DNA from: Cereibacter sphaeroides 2.4.1
GTDB lineage: Bacteria; Pseudomonadota; Alphaproteobacteria; Rhodobacterales; Rhodobacteraceae
Direction: 5' to 3'
Assembly: GCF_000012905.2 (NCBI RefSeq)
Contig: NC_007493.2
Span: forward strand, 3,090,001-3,122,000
DNA: 32,000 nt
Below the pieces are notes generated by a model. The model did not search any database. It saw only the letters and a list, made by a program, of their open reading frames with translations, and was not told the DNA's origin. Shown piece after piece: positions 8,659-15,702 of the stretch (within the stretch, counting starts at the first letter, position 1; the number at the start of each line of letters is the position of its first letter). Position numbers and translations under genes: made by a program.

Positions 8659-9374
8659 CGGCTGTCTCCGAGTGTTCTGACGGTGGTGCGGATCCGGTCA
8701 TCCTCGCGGTCGAGGAAGCTCTGACCCATCTCGTAGGCGCGCTGCACCTCGATCATTCGCGCGATCTCGGAGACCGGCTCGACGTTCGAGTCCTCCAGCG
8801 CGCCTTGAACAAGGGTGGCGCCCTCGGCGGGCTCGGTTCCGCCCTCGGCCGAGAAGCGCGTGCCGCCCTCGTGCCGGAGCCCGAGGGGATCCGTGGGCTG
8901 CCAGAGCCCGACGCGGCCGATGGGCTGGTCACCGGCCGACAGCGTGCCGTCGGCCGAGAGAACGACCCCTCGCGCATCGGGCGGGATGAAGAGCGGGGCG
9001 GCCCCCGCATCGAGCAGACGGTTGCCGTCGGCATCCACCAGCTCGCCCTCGGCATTGGGCGTGAAGCTGCCCGCGCGCGTCAGCTCCTGCCCCTGCGGCG
9101 TCTCGATCAGGAAGAAGCCCTCGCCCATGATCGCGAAATCGAACGGCGCGCCCGTGTGGGTAAGGCCCCCCTGCGTGAGGTCGATCTGGCGCGCGCTGGC
9201 GCTCGCCATCGAAAGCGAGGCCTCGCCCTCGAGCCGCTTCACATGTTCGGTGAAGACGATCCCCTCGCGGCGAAAGCCTGTGGTCGAGAGGTTCGCGATG
9301 TTGTTGGCCACGCTCTGCATCTCGCGCATGAGGCCCGACTGGCGGGTGAGCGTGGTGTAGCCGGCCGCGTCCAT
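8655..9374 (-). CDS. flgF: Flagellar proximal rod protein FlgF
   Basis: 239 aa. N-terminal YTTLTRQSGLMREMQSVANNIANLSTTGFR. C-terminal LEDSNVEPVSEIARMIEVQRAYE. ATGA overlap with the flgG start. Confidence 0.88.
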   Translation of the reverse strand: MDAAGYTTLTRQSGLMREMQSVANNIANLSTTGFRREGIVFTEHVKRLEGEASLSMASASARQIDLTQGGLTHTGAPFDFAIMGEGFFLIETPQGQELTRAGSFTPNAEGELVDADGNRLLDAGAAPLFIPPDARGVVLSADGTLSAGDQPIGRVGLWQPTDPLGLRHEGGTRFSAEGGTEPAEGATLVQGALEDSNVEPVSEIARMIEVQRAYEMGQSFLDREDDRIRTTVRTLGDSR

Positions 9375-9375
9375 G

Positions 9376-9642
9376 TCAGCGCCCCTCTATCCGGGGAACG
9401 ATGGAGTCGGTGAAGAAGGCCACGAGGGTCGTCGTCATGAAGCTCATCGAGACCCAGAAGACCAGCAGCATGGCGCCCACCTTGGGAACGAAGGTGAGCG
9501 TCATCTCCTGCACGGAGGTGAGCGCCTGCAGGAGACCTATGGTGACGCCCGCCACCAGCGCCACCCCGAGGAGCGGCGAGGAGATCAGCACGGCGACCCA
9601 GAGCCCCTGCCGGAGGGCATCGTAGAGCGCGAGCTCGGACAT
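9376..9642 (-). CDS. fliQ: Flagellar export gate protein FliQ
   Basis: 88-aa two-TM protein with a typical FliQ sequence (LISSPLLGVALVAGVTIGLLQALTSVQEMTLTFVPK). Its start overlaps the fliE stop by 1 nt. Confidence 0.93.
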   Translation of the reverse strand: MSELALYDALRQGLWVAVLISSPLLGVALVAGVTIGLLQALTSVQEMTLTFVPKVGAMLLVFWVSMSFMTTTLVAFFTDSIVPRIEGR

Positions 9643-9932
9643 CAGACCGGCATCCTCAGGATCTCCTGATAGGCCTCGACCACCTTGTCCCGCAGGGTGA
9701 CCGCCGTCTCGACGGCCATCTGCGAGGCGGCCAGTGCTTCGACCAGCGCGTGGGGATCGGCCTTTCCGGTCATGGCGGCACGGGCGGTTTCTTCCCCCTG
9801 CGCCAGCGTCTGCGTGAAGCTTTCAGCCGCACGCTCGAATGCGGCCGTGAGCCCCACCGACGGTTGGTCGGGCGCGGCTGCGGTCCGTGCCTTCGCATAG
9901 CTTTGTGCTGCGGTGGAGGTTCTGATGTCCAT
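9642..9932 (-). CDS. fliE: Flagellar hook-basal body protein FliE
   Basis: 96 aa. C-terminal FliE signature ALVEALAASQMAVETAVTLRDKVVEAYQEILRMPV. It lies between flgC and fliQ. Confidence 0.85.
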   Translation of the reverse strand: MDIRTSTAAQSYAKARTAAAPDQPSVGLTAAFERAAESFTQTLAQGEETARAAMTGKADPHALVEALAASQMAVETAVTLRDKVVEAYQEILRMPV

Positions 9933-9945
9933 TCTGGAACTCCTT

Positions 9946-10332
9946 TCAACGACGCAGGAGGTCGAGCAGGCTCTGCGTCATCTGGCGCGCCTGATCGAAC
10001 ATCCTGAGATTGGCCTCGTAGCTGCGCTGCGCCTCGCGGGCGTCGGCGATCTCGACGACCAGATCCACGTTGGACCCGTCATAATAGCCGTCCTCCCCGG
10101 CCAGCGGATGGCCGGGCGCGTAGATCTTCTGCAGCTCGCTCCGGTCGAGCCGCACGGGGCCGGTCGAGACCAGGCCGCTGTCGGGATCCTCCTGAAAGCT
10201 CACGGTCTTGCGGTGGTAGCCCGGCGTGTCCGCGTTCGCGATGTTCTCGGAGACATGTCGCAGCCGGAGCGCCTGCGAGCGCATGCCGGACGCCGAGAGG
10301 CCCAGGGATTGCAGGAGATCAGTCATGATCAT
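9946..10332 (-). CDS. flgC: Flagellar proximal rod protein FlgC
   Basis: 128 aa. SASGMRSQALRLRHVSENIANADTPGY, and C-terminal VDLVVEIADAREAQRSYEANL. ATGA overlap with the flgB stop. Confidence 0.92.
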   Translation of the reverse strand: MIMTDLLQSLGLSASGMRSQALRLRHVSENIANADTPGYHRKTVSFQEDPDSGLVSTGPVRLDRSELQKIYAPGHPLAGEDGYYDGSNVDLVVEIADAREAQRSYEANLRMFDQARQMTQSLLDLLRR

Positions 10333-10712
10333 GCACTCCGGCCAAGGCTGGTGCGGATCAGGCGCGAGCTGCTCTGATAGATTGCGAGCGCCAATTCATG
10401 CTGCTGCCGCGCCGCCACGGCCCGCACCATCTCATCCTCGAGCGAGACCGTGTTGCCGTTGGGCGAAGCCGCGCCCGGCCCCTCGACCGGGACGGGATCC
10501 GTCGCCGAGGCCTCGGCCGAGCGCAGGTGACCCGGTCGGGTCGTGCGAAGACCCACGGTGCCCGAGGCATAGCTTTCGAAATCCGGCAGGTCCTGCGCCC
10601 GATATCCGGGCGTGTCGGCATTGGCCAGATTGTGCGCCACCACCTCGGTGCGCAAGCCGGCGTGGCGGGCCATGGATTGCGCCATTCTGACGATCACGAG
10701 CTTCTCGAACAT
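10329..10712 (-). CDS. flgB: Flagellar proximal rod protein FlgB
   Basis: Preferred start is ATG 10710-10712 (MFEKL...) with a GAGGGAG SD 6-8 nt upstream; the track start at 10742 lacks one. Rod N-terminal motif VVAHNLANADTPGYRAQDL. Confidence 0.88.
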   Translation of the reverse strand: MFEKLVIVRMAQSMARHAGLRTEVVAHNLANADTPGYRAQDLPDFESYASGTVGLRTTRPGHLRSAEASATDPVPVEGPGAASPNGNTVSLEDEMVRAVAARQQHELALAIYQSSSRLIRTSLGRSA

Positions 10713-10795
10713 CGGGGCTTCTCCCTCGATCGGTTTCACCAAGGCTTAAGGGCGATTCCTTTAGAAAGGGTAAGGCGCGAACAAAGAGGGATTTG
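10713..10795. promoter_or_regulatory. Divergent flgB / fliI control region
   Basis: 83-bp gap between two divergent flagellar transcription units and locally AT-rich (GGCTTAAGGGCGATTCCTTTAGAAAGGGTAAGG). It contains one TTAA half-site, one GANTC site and a short palindrome. No promoter consensus is confidently assignable by eye. Confidence 0.4.
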
Positions 10796-12106
10796 ATGTC
10801 GGGTGAATTTGACGGACTTCTGGCGGAGATCGCGGCGATCTCGCTGAGCCGCCGCTATGGGCGCGTGACCGGGATCGGCCGGGGAACCTTGTCCGTCGGA
10901 GGCCTCGAGCAGGGCACCGCGCTGGGCGACCGGGTGGAAATCTGCGGCGCGGGCGGCATCCTCGGCGGCGAGGTTCTGCGGCTTTCGTCGCACGAGGTGA
11001 CGATCCTGCCCGACGGCAGCCCGGAAGGCCTCGCGATCGGCGATGCGGTTGCTCTCGTCGGCCCCGCAGAGATCGCGCCGGACGACAGCTGGATCGGCCG
11101 GATCGTCGATCCGCTCGGCCGCCCGCTCGACGGGCGCCCGCTGTTTCGCGGCCCGCGCGCGCGTCCCTTGCGCGCGGCCGCGCCGCAAGCTGCGGCGCGC
11201 CGCAGCCTCGGGCCGCGGCTTCCCACCGGAGTTGCGGTCTTCGACACGCTGCTGCCTCTTGTCCAGGGGCAGCGGATCGGGCTCTTCGCGGGGTCAGGGG
11301 TGGGGAAGTCCTCGCTTCTCGCCAAGTTCGCGCGGAGCGTCGTGGCCGATGTGGTGGTGATCGGGCTCGTGGGCGAGCGGGGTCGCGAGCTGCGCGAGTT
11401 CACCGAGCGGGTGCTCGGGCCTGCGGGCATGGCGCGTGCGGTGGTGGTGACGGCCACCTCCGACCAGTCGCCGCTGGTTCGCCGTCGCTGCGGCTGGGCG
11501 GCCATGGCGGTGGCCGAGCATTTCCGCGACCAGGGGCTTCACGTGTTGCTCCTCGTCGATTCGATCACCCGTTTTGCCGAAGCTCATCGCGAGGTCGCGC
11601 TCGCGGGCGGCGAGGCGGCGAGCATGAGAGGCTTTCCCCCGTCGACAGCCCACACGATCATGGCCCTGGCCGAACGCGCGGGACCGGGCGCTGAGGGCAC
11701 CGGCGACATCACGGCGGTCTTCTCAGTTCTCGTGGCCGGGTCCGACATGGAGGAGCCGGTGGCAGATATTCTCCGCGGAGTGCTCGACGGCCATGTGGTG
11801 ATGGATCGCAAGATCGCCGAGCGCGGACGCTTTCCGGCGATCGACCTGCTGCGATCCGTGTCGCGGGCCCTGCCTGAGGCCGCGAGCACGGCCGAAAATG
11901 CGCTGATCGCCGAGGCGCGTCGGCTGCTCGGGGCCTGGGACCGTGCCGAGATGATGATCCAGGCGGGGCTCTATGCCAGAGGATCCGATCCGCTCGTGGA
12001 TGCGGCGATCCGGGTCTGGCCCGCGCTCGACGCCTTTCTGGCCGAGGATGCGTCGGACGGCATCGACGCCAGTTTCCGTCGCCTGGCCGACTGTCTCGGG
12101 CTCTGA
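10796..12106 (+). CDS. fliI: Flagellum-specific ATPase FliI
   Basis: ATG at 10796 (the track starts on the TTG at 10793), preceded by AAGAGGG. Walker A GLFAGSGVGKSSLL and Walker B HVLLLVDSITRFA. F1/T3SS ATPase architecture. Confidence 0.95.
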   Translation: MSGEFDGLLAEIAAISLSRRYGRVTGIGRGTLSVGGLEQGTALGDRVEICGAGGILGGEVLRLSSHEVTILPDGSPEGLAIGDAVALVGPAEIAPDDSWIGRIVDPLGRPLDGRPLFRGPRARPLRAAAPQAAARRSLGPRLPTGVAVFDTLLPLVQGQRIGLFAGSGVGKSSLLAKFARSVVADVVVIGLVGERGRELREFTERVLGPAGMARAVVVTATSDQSPLVRRRCGWAAMAVAEHFRDQGLHVLLLVDSITRFAEAHREVALAGGEAASMRGFPPSTAHTIMALAERAGPGAEGTGDITAVFSVLVAGSDMEEPVADILRGVLDGHVVMDRKIAERGRFPAIDLLRSVSRALPEAASTAENALIAEARRLLGAWDRAEMMIQAGLYARGSDPLVDAAIRVWPALDAFLAEDASDGIDASFRRLADCLGL

Positions 12107-12109
12107 CAG

Positions 12110-12433
12110 TCAGAGCCTGTGCCGAGGAGCGGCTTCCGGCCGGGTTTCAGCGCGCCGACCGCGGCCGTCGTAGACGACGACGGTGCCCGATGCCGCCTGC
12201 CGGATCTCCTCGAGCCGCCGGCGCGCCGCGCGCACCCCGCGGGCGGCCGCGGCGAGACAGGCAAGGTTGCCCTCGGCCTTTCGGCGCAGGGCGGCCAATC
12301 GTACGGGCTCGGGGGGCAGCCGCTCCAGCGCCTCGGCGAGCCGCGTCTCGAGGTCGGGCAGGGCGGCAAGGTCGCCCGCAGAGACCGTCCGGCGGATCTC
12401 GTCGAGCAGGGAGTCGAGCGGATCAGAGACCAT
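12110..12433 (-). CDS. Hypothetical 107-aa protein co-transcribed with flgJ
   Basis: Its ATG at 12431-12433 overlaps the flgJ 3' end by 11 nt, with GAAGGGGA upstream. The body is helical and Ala/Arg/Leu/Glu-rich. I recognise no family motif. Confidence 0.5.
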   Translation of the reverse strand: MVSDPLDSLLDEIRRTVSAGDLAALPDLETRLAEALERLPPEPVRLAALRRKAEGNLACLAAAARGVRAARRRLEEIRQAASGTVVVYDGRGRRAETRPEAAPRHRL

Positions 12434-12701
12434 CGTCCATCCCCTTCGTCAGAGACCGGTAAAATTGCTCGGCAAGGCCGATGCCGCCGGAGCGGACCAT
12501 CCCGGTCGCCTGCTCGTCCCGCAGGAACGAGGCGAACTGCTGCTCGCCGATGCCGCCCCCGAACGGACCCGACGCCGACCCCAGGCCGGTGTGGCCAAGC
12601 ATTTCGGAGAGGAAGGCGGCCTCGAGTTCCTCGGCTTTCCGGCGCAGGTCCGGCCTGGGGTCGTGGGCCAGAGTCGGCTTGGGAGTGATCGTTACGGACA
12701 T
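12423..12701 (-). CDS. flgJ: Single-domain FlgJ-like rod-binding protein (no muramidase domain)
   Basis: The internal ATG at 12699-12701 is preceded by AAGGAGA. This gives 92 aa. The sequence DLRRKAEELEAAFLSEMLGHTGLG...EQQFASFLRDEQATGMVRSGGIGLAEQFYRSL matches the FlgJ N-terminal Rod_binding (CheL-like) pattern. The 259-aa track ORF is an unsupported upstream extension. Confidence 0.8.
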   Translation of the reverse strand: MSVTITPKPTLAHDPRPDLRRKAEELEAAFLSEMLGHTGLGSASGPFGGGIGEQQFASFLRDEQATGMVRSGGIGLAEQFYRSLTKGMDDGL

Positions 12702-12804
12702 GGGGGTCTCCTTGGGTCGGATTTTTTCGATCCTGCCGGAGAGGCGTAAATGTTCCGTAATCCCTTTCCGCCAGAAAGGGCAAAAGCGACAGAGGGCTCC
12801 GGCC
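12702..12804. promoter_or_regulatory. Divergent flgJ / fliK control region
   Basis: 103-bp gap containing a T6 tract (12722-12727) and GTAA-N7-GTAA (12746-12760), which resembles the CtrA box TTAA-N7-TTAA with one mismatch per half. It also holds a perfect 7-bp inverted repeat CCCTTTC-N5-GAAAGGG (12762-12780). Confidence 0.4.
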
Positions 12805-15024
12805 GTGATCATTGGTGCAATTCCGCAGGCGGTTGCCTCTCCTGAACTGGCGCTCAAGGCGCCTGCCGCGACGCTTGCAGGCGAGGCCTTTGCCGCTGAA
12901 CTGGAGTCCAGTGCGCTGCCCGAGCCGCCGCCCGCGGAGCCTCTCACTGCCGAGGCTCCGACCAGCCCGGTCCCGGCTGAGGATCGGGATGCGGACGGAG
13001 ATGCATCCCCGAACGAAGAACCTGTGCTCTGTGTCTGCAATCCCGTGGCCCCGCCGTGGCAAATCCGCGTTCCAACTTCGTCCGCCACAGAACCGGAGCT
13101 GCCCCCGGTGCCGACGACGAGCCTTCCCGGCGAGGACGAGGGTGCAGGCACCCTTGCCGCGCCAGGCCCTGCGGTCGAAGCAGATGCCGGGCTTCCGCCC
13201 AAGGATGGCGACCCCGCTCCGCCTCCCGATGCAAGGCACCGAGACCCGCCTGCCGAGCCTGCCGCGGACGCGCCGCCTGGCGGAGGCCGAGAGGCTGGAG
13301 CTTGCCCCTCTGCCGGGTTGAACAGGCTCGGTGTCGCCGGTCCCGAGACAGGGGGGGCGCCACCGCCAGACCCGGATCGCCTTTCTCAGGTCTCGCCGGC
13401 GCAACCCACTCCTGCGGCGCCCTTGACGGTCAGCTTTGCAGCTTCAAGCGGACTTCCGGAGGGGAAGACTGTCAACCTGTCGTCGCGAACCGCCGAGGCA
13501 TTGCCTCGCAGGGACGAGGCAGCAGGGGCGAAAGATACCGCAGCCGCGCCTGTCGTGGCAGCTCCCTTGTCGTGCGACAGGCGAGACAAGGGGGAGGACT
13601 TGCCCAGCAGTGGCGCCGGCAAGATGCTGCAGCCTTCCGCGAACAAGGATGTTGCGGAGCTCCGCCTAACGGAGGCAAGCCCCGCTGCGCCCGCGCCGAC
13701 CGTGCTGCGCCCCTCTCCCTATCCGGCGCCGCCCGTGGGCCTTGCCTCAAACGGGAGGGCTCCGGCGCTGCCGTTGGCAGTGTCGCCCGTCTCTTCTCAT
13801 CCGGAGGCGCCTGTGGTCCGCGTCCCATCCGGGGTGGATCCGGCGCCCGCGCCGGCGGTGCCGCTGGTCTCCCCCTATCCGGTTGCGCGTTTAACCCGCG
13901 TCCCGACAGGGCTGGCTCCGGCGCGACCGCCGTCTCCGGTGGACGGCTCATCCGAGCAGGACGACGCCTTCCGAGCGCGTGTCGCCTATATCGTCAGCAT
14001 TCCGCAAGCCCGATCCGAGCCCGGGCTGAACCTGCTGCCGTGCCAGGGCGCTTCTGCCAACATGTCGGATTCGGACCCGAATCTGTCGAATCCGAGGGGC
14101 GCAGCCAATGGATCCGATGTTGGACCTCCGCAAAGGCATTCGGCGCACGACCCGGCACCTGCTGTGGGCTACGATCTGCCGGCAAAGCTCGAGATGCCAC
14201 TTTCGCGCCATGCGCCGCTTCAGCCGAAGGAGCCTCAGCCGGCTCATCCGCAGGCGGAAAGAATGCCTGTACCGCCCCCGGTTCCGGCTTCGTCCGAAGG
14301 AGCGCTTCCGGCAGCGCAACCGACGGCCGTGGCACCCCGGGATGTTGCGATTGCGGCTCCCGTAATCACGGTGCCTGCAGCAGCCGAGCGCGGAGGAACC
14401 AAGGAGTCCGCATCAGCGGAGCGCGGAGGAACCAAGGCAATACGGCATCAGATGGCATCGGAACGACTGGCAGGTCCCGGGAACTCCGCCTCGTCGAGGC
14501 CCGAACCGCAGTCGGCCGCGTCTGGCGAAACTCAGAGGCAATCGCCAGAAACGGACTTGGCGCCTGACCTGCCTGTCGCTCACGATCCTCCGACGTCCGC
14601 TCCGGTGCTTTCCGAGCCGCGGGTGGCGCCGGATCAGGCGCGCACACCCGCTCATCCGGCGCCGCAAGCCCCCGCCCGAGCGGCGGCCGAGGCCCAGAGC
14701 GGCGAGGAGGATGCAGTGGAGGTCGTCCTGCAACCGGATGAACTCGGCCGGGTGAAGATGACCGTGGCCCATGACGGTGGTCATGTGCGCGTGCTCGTTC
14801 AGGCGGACCGGACCGACACGCTCGACATGATGCGTCGGAACTCGGGAGAGCTCGGCGTCGAGATGCGGCAGGCGGGCTTCTCGGGCGCCTCGCTCAGCTT
14901 CGGCGGGCGCGAGGGGCAGCCGCCGCCCCGGGCGCGGGCCGCATTGGAGGCGGAGAGCACGGATGTTCAACCCCCGACGGCCGCGACCAGCCGGTCGGCG
15001 ACAGGCCTCGACCTCAGGATTTAG
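12805..15024 (+). CDS. fliK: Flagellar hook-length control protein FliK (long, low-complexity)
   Basis: The proposed GTG start at 12805 follows AGAGGG at 12791-12796. Strong G-in-first-position periodicity begins there, not upstream. The C-terminal roughly 110 aa (VVLQPDELGRVKMTVAHDGGHVRVLVQADRTDTLDMMRRNSGELGVEMRQAGF) match the FliK Flg_hook domain. The rest is Pro/Ala/Ser-rich. It is immediately followed by flgD. Confidence 0.72.
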   Translation: MIIGAIPQAVASPELALKAPAATLAGEAFAAELESSALPEPPPAEPLTAEAPTSPVPAEDRDADGDASPNEEPVLCVCNPVAPPWQIRVPTSSATEPELPPVPTTSLPGEDEGAGTLAAPGPAVEADAGLPPKDGDPAPPPDARHRDPPAEPAADAPPGGGREAGACPSAGLNRLGVAGPETGGAPPPDPDRLSQVSPAQPTPAAPLTVSFAASSGLPEGKTVNLSSRTAEALPRRDEAAGAKDTAAAPVVAAPLSCDRRDKGEDLPSSGAGKMLQPSANKDVAELRLTEASPAAPAPTVLRPSPYPAPPVGLASNGRAPALPLAVSPVSSHPEAPVVRVPSGVDPAPAPAVPLVSPYPVARLTRVPTGLAPARPPSPVDGSSEQDDAFRARVAYIVSIPQARSEPGLNLLPCQGASANMSDSDPNLSNPRGAANGSDVGPPQRHSAHDPAPAVGYDLPAKLEMPLSRHAPLQPKEPQPAHPQAERMPVPPPVPASSEGALPAAQPTAVAPRDVAIAAPVITVPAAAERGGTKESASAERGGTKAIRHQMASERLAGPGNSASSRPEPQSAASGETQRQSPETDLAPDLPVAHDPPTSAPVLSEPRVAPDQARTPAHPAPQAPARAAAEAQSGEEDAVEVVLQPDELGRVKMTVAHDGGHVRVLVQADRTDTLDMMRRNSGELGVEMRQAGFSGASLSFGGREGQPPPRARAALEAESTDVQPPTAATSRSATGLDLRI
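14383..14437 (+). repeat. Tandem 33-bp (11-aa) repeat inside fliK
   Basis: GCCGAGCGCGGAGGAACCAAGG (14383-14404) and GCGGAGCGCGGAGGAACCAAGG (14416-14437) differ at 1 of 22 positions. They encode AERGGTKESAS / AERGGTKAIRH. Confidence 0.8.
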
Positions 15025-15033
15025 GAGTTCATC

Positions 15034-15702
15034 ATGAATGTCACGGGCACGGAAACGAGCGCCGGCAGTTCGACCACGCGGAGCAGGGGCGAAGCCTCTG
15101 CCGACAAGGCGGTCACGTCCGACTACGAGACGTTCCTGCGGATGCTGACCACGCAGCTCCAGAATCAGGATCCGATGAACCCCATGGAGTCGGACGATTT
15201 CGCCATGCAGCTCGCGACCTTCTCGGGCGTGGAGCAGCAGGTGAAGACCAACGAGATCCTGACCGGGATGGGGGCCTCGATCGGGGTGATGGGCCTCTCC
15301 GAGCTGGCAGGCTGGATCGGGCGCGAGGCGGAGGTCGAAGCCCCGGCCTGGTTCGACGGCGCGCCGCTCACCCTTTCGCCGAAACCTTCCGAGGATGCGG
15401 ATCGGGCGGTGCTGGTCGTGCGGAATGCCGCGGGCGCGGTTGTGGCGCAGGAGGACATCCCGATCGGCGGAGGGCAGATGGAGTGGGCGGGCGCGGATTC
15501 CTCCGGGCAGCCGCTGCCGAAGGGCGCCTACAGCTTCACGGTCGAGAGTTACTCGGGCGATCAGGTCACGGACACGTCGAAGGTGGGCGTCTACGCCGAG
15601 ATCATCGAGGCGCGCGGCGGCAGCAGCGGCACGCTCCTCGTGATGAAGGGGGGCATCGAGGTTCCCGCAAGCGCAGTCACTGCGCTGCGGGACGCCTCAT
15701 AG
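15034..15702 (+). CDS. flgD: Flagellar hook capping/scaffold protein FlgD
   Basis: 222 aa. FlgD N-terminal signature DYETFLRMLTTQLQNQDPMNPMESDDFAMQLATFSGVEQ. AGGAG SD at 15023-15027. Confidence 0.93.
   Translation: MNVTGTETSAGSSTTRSRGEASADKAVTSDYETFLRMLTTQLQNQDPMNPMESDDFAMQLATFSGVEQQVKTNEILTGMGASIGVMGLSELAGWIGREAEVEAPAWFDGAPLTLSPKPSEDADRAVLVVRNAAGAVVAQEDIPIGGGQMEWAGADSSGQPLPKGAYSFTVESYSGDQVTDTSKVGVYAEIIEARGGSSGTLLVMKGGIEVPASAVTALRDAS

Noticed and set aside
7874-8701. Upstream extension of the 415-aa ORF containing flgA
   Set aside because: It overlaps flgG in another frame. The flgA-like sequence with its signal peptide starts at the internal ATG 7873, which is coupled to the flgG stop.
8784-8793. 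GTTCGAGTCC, a tRNA T-loop-like word
   Set aside because: The flanking bases cannot form a T-stem (CGACG versus CCTCC). It also lies inside the well-supported flgF coding sequence.
10746-10774. Full CtrA box (TTAA-N7-TTAA) in the flgB/fliI spacer
   Set aside because: Only one TTAA half-site is present. The sequence 7 nt downstream is TCCT, and the TTTA-N7-TAAG alternative has three mismatches, so I report it only as a half-site.
12481-12804. N-terminal 108 codons of the 847-aa track ORF (fliK extension)
   Set aside because: This part would run antisense through the flgJ coding start and the divergent promoter region. It lacks the G-first-position codon periodicity that begins at 12805, so it was trimmed to the GTG at 12805.
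13351-13357. G7 homopolymer in fliK (and another at 18268-18274 in mutM) as possible phase-variation tracts
   Set aside because: At this base composition dozens of 7-nt G or C runs are expected by chance in 32 kb. One sits in a housekeeping gene, and the length is below that of typical contingency tracts.
11971-13404. 477-aa minus-strand ORF spanning the fliI end, orf107, flgJ and the fliK start
   Set aside because: It crosses four independently supported genes and two intergenic regions. It is extremely Arg-rich, so it is a shadow ORF.
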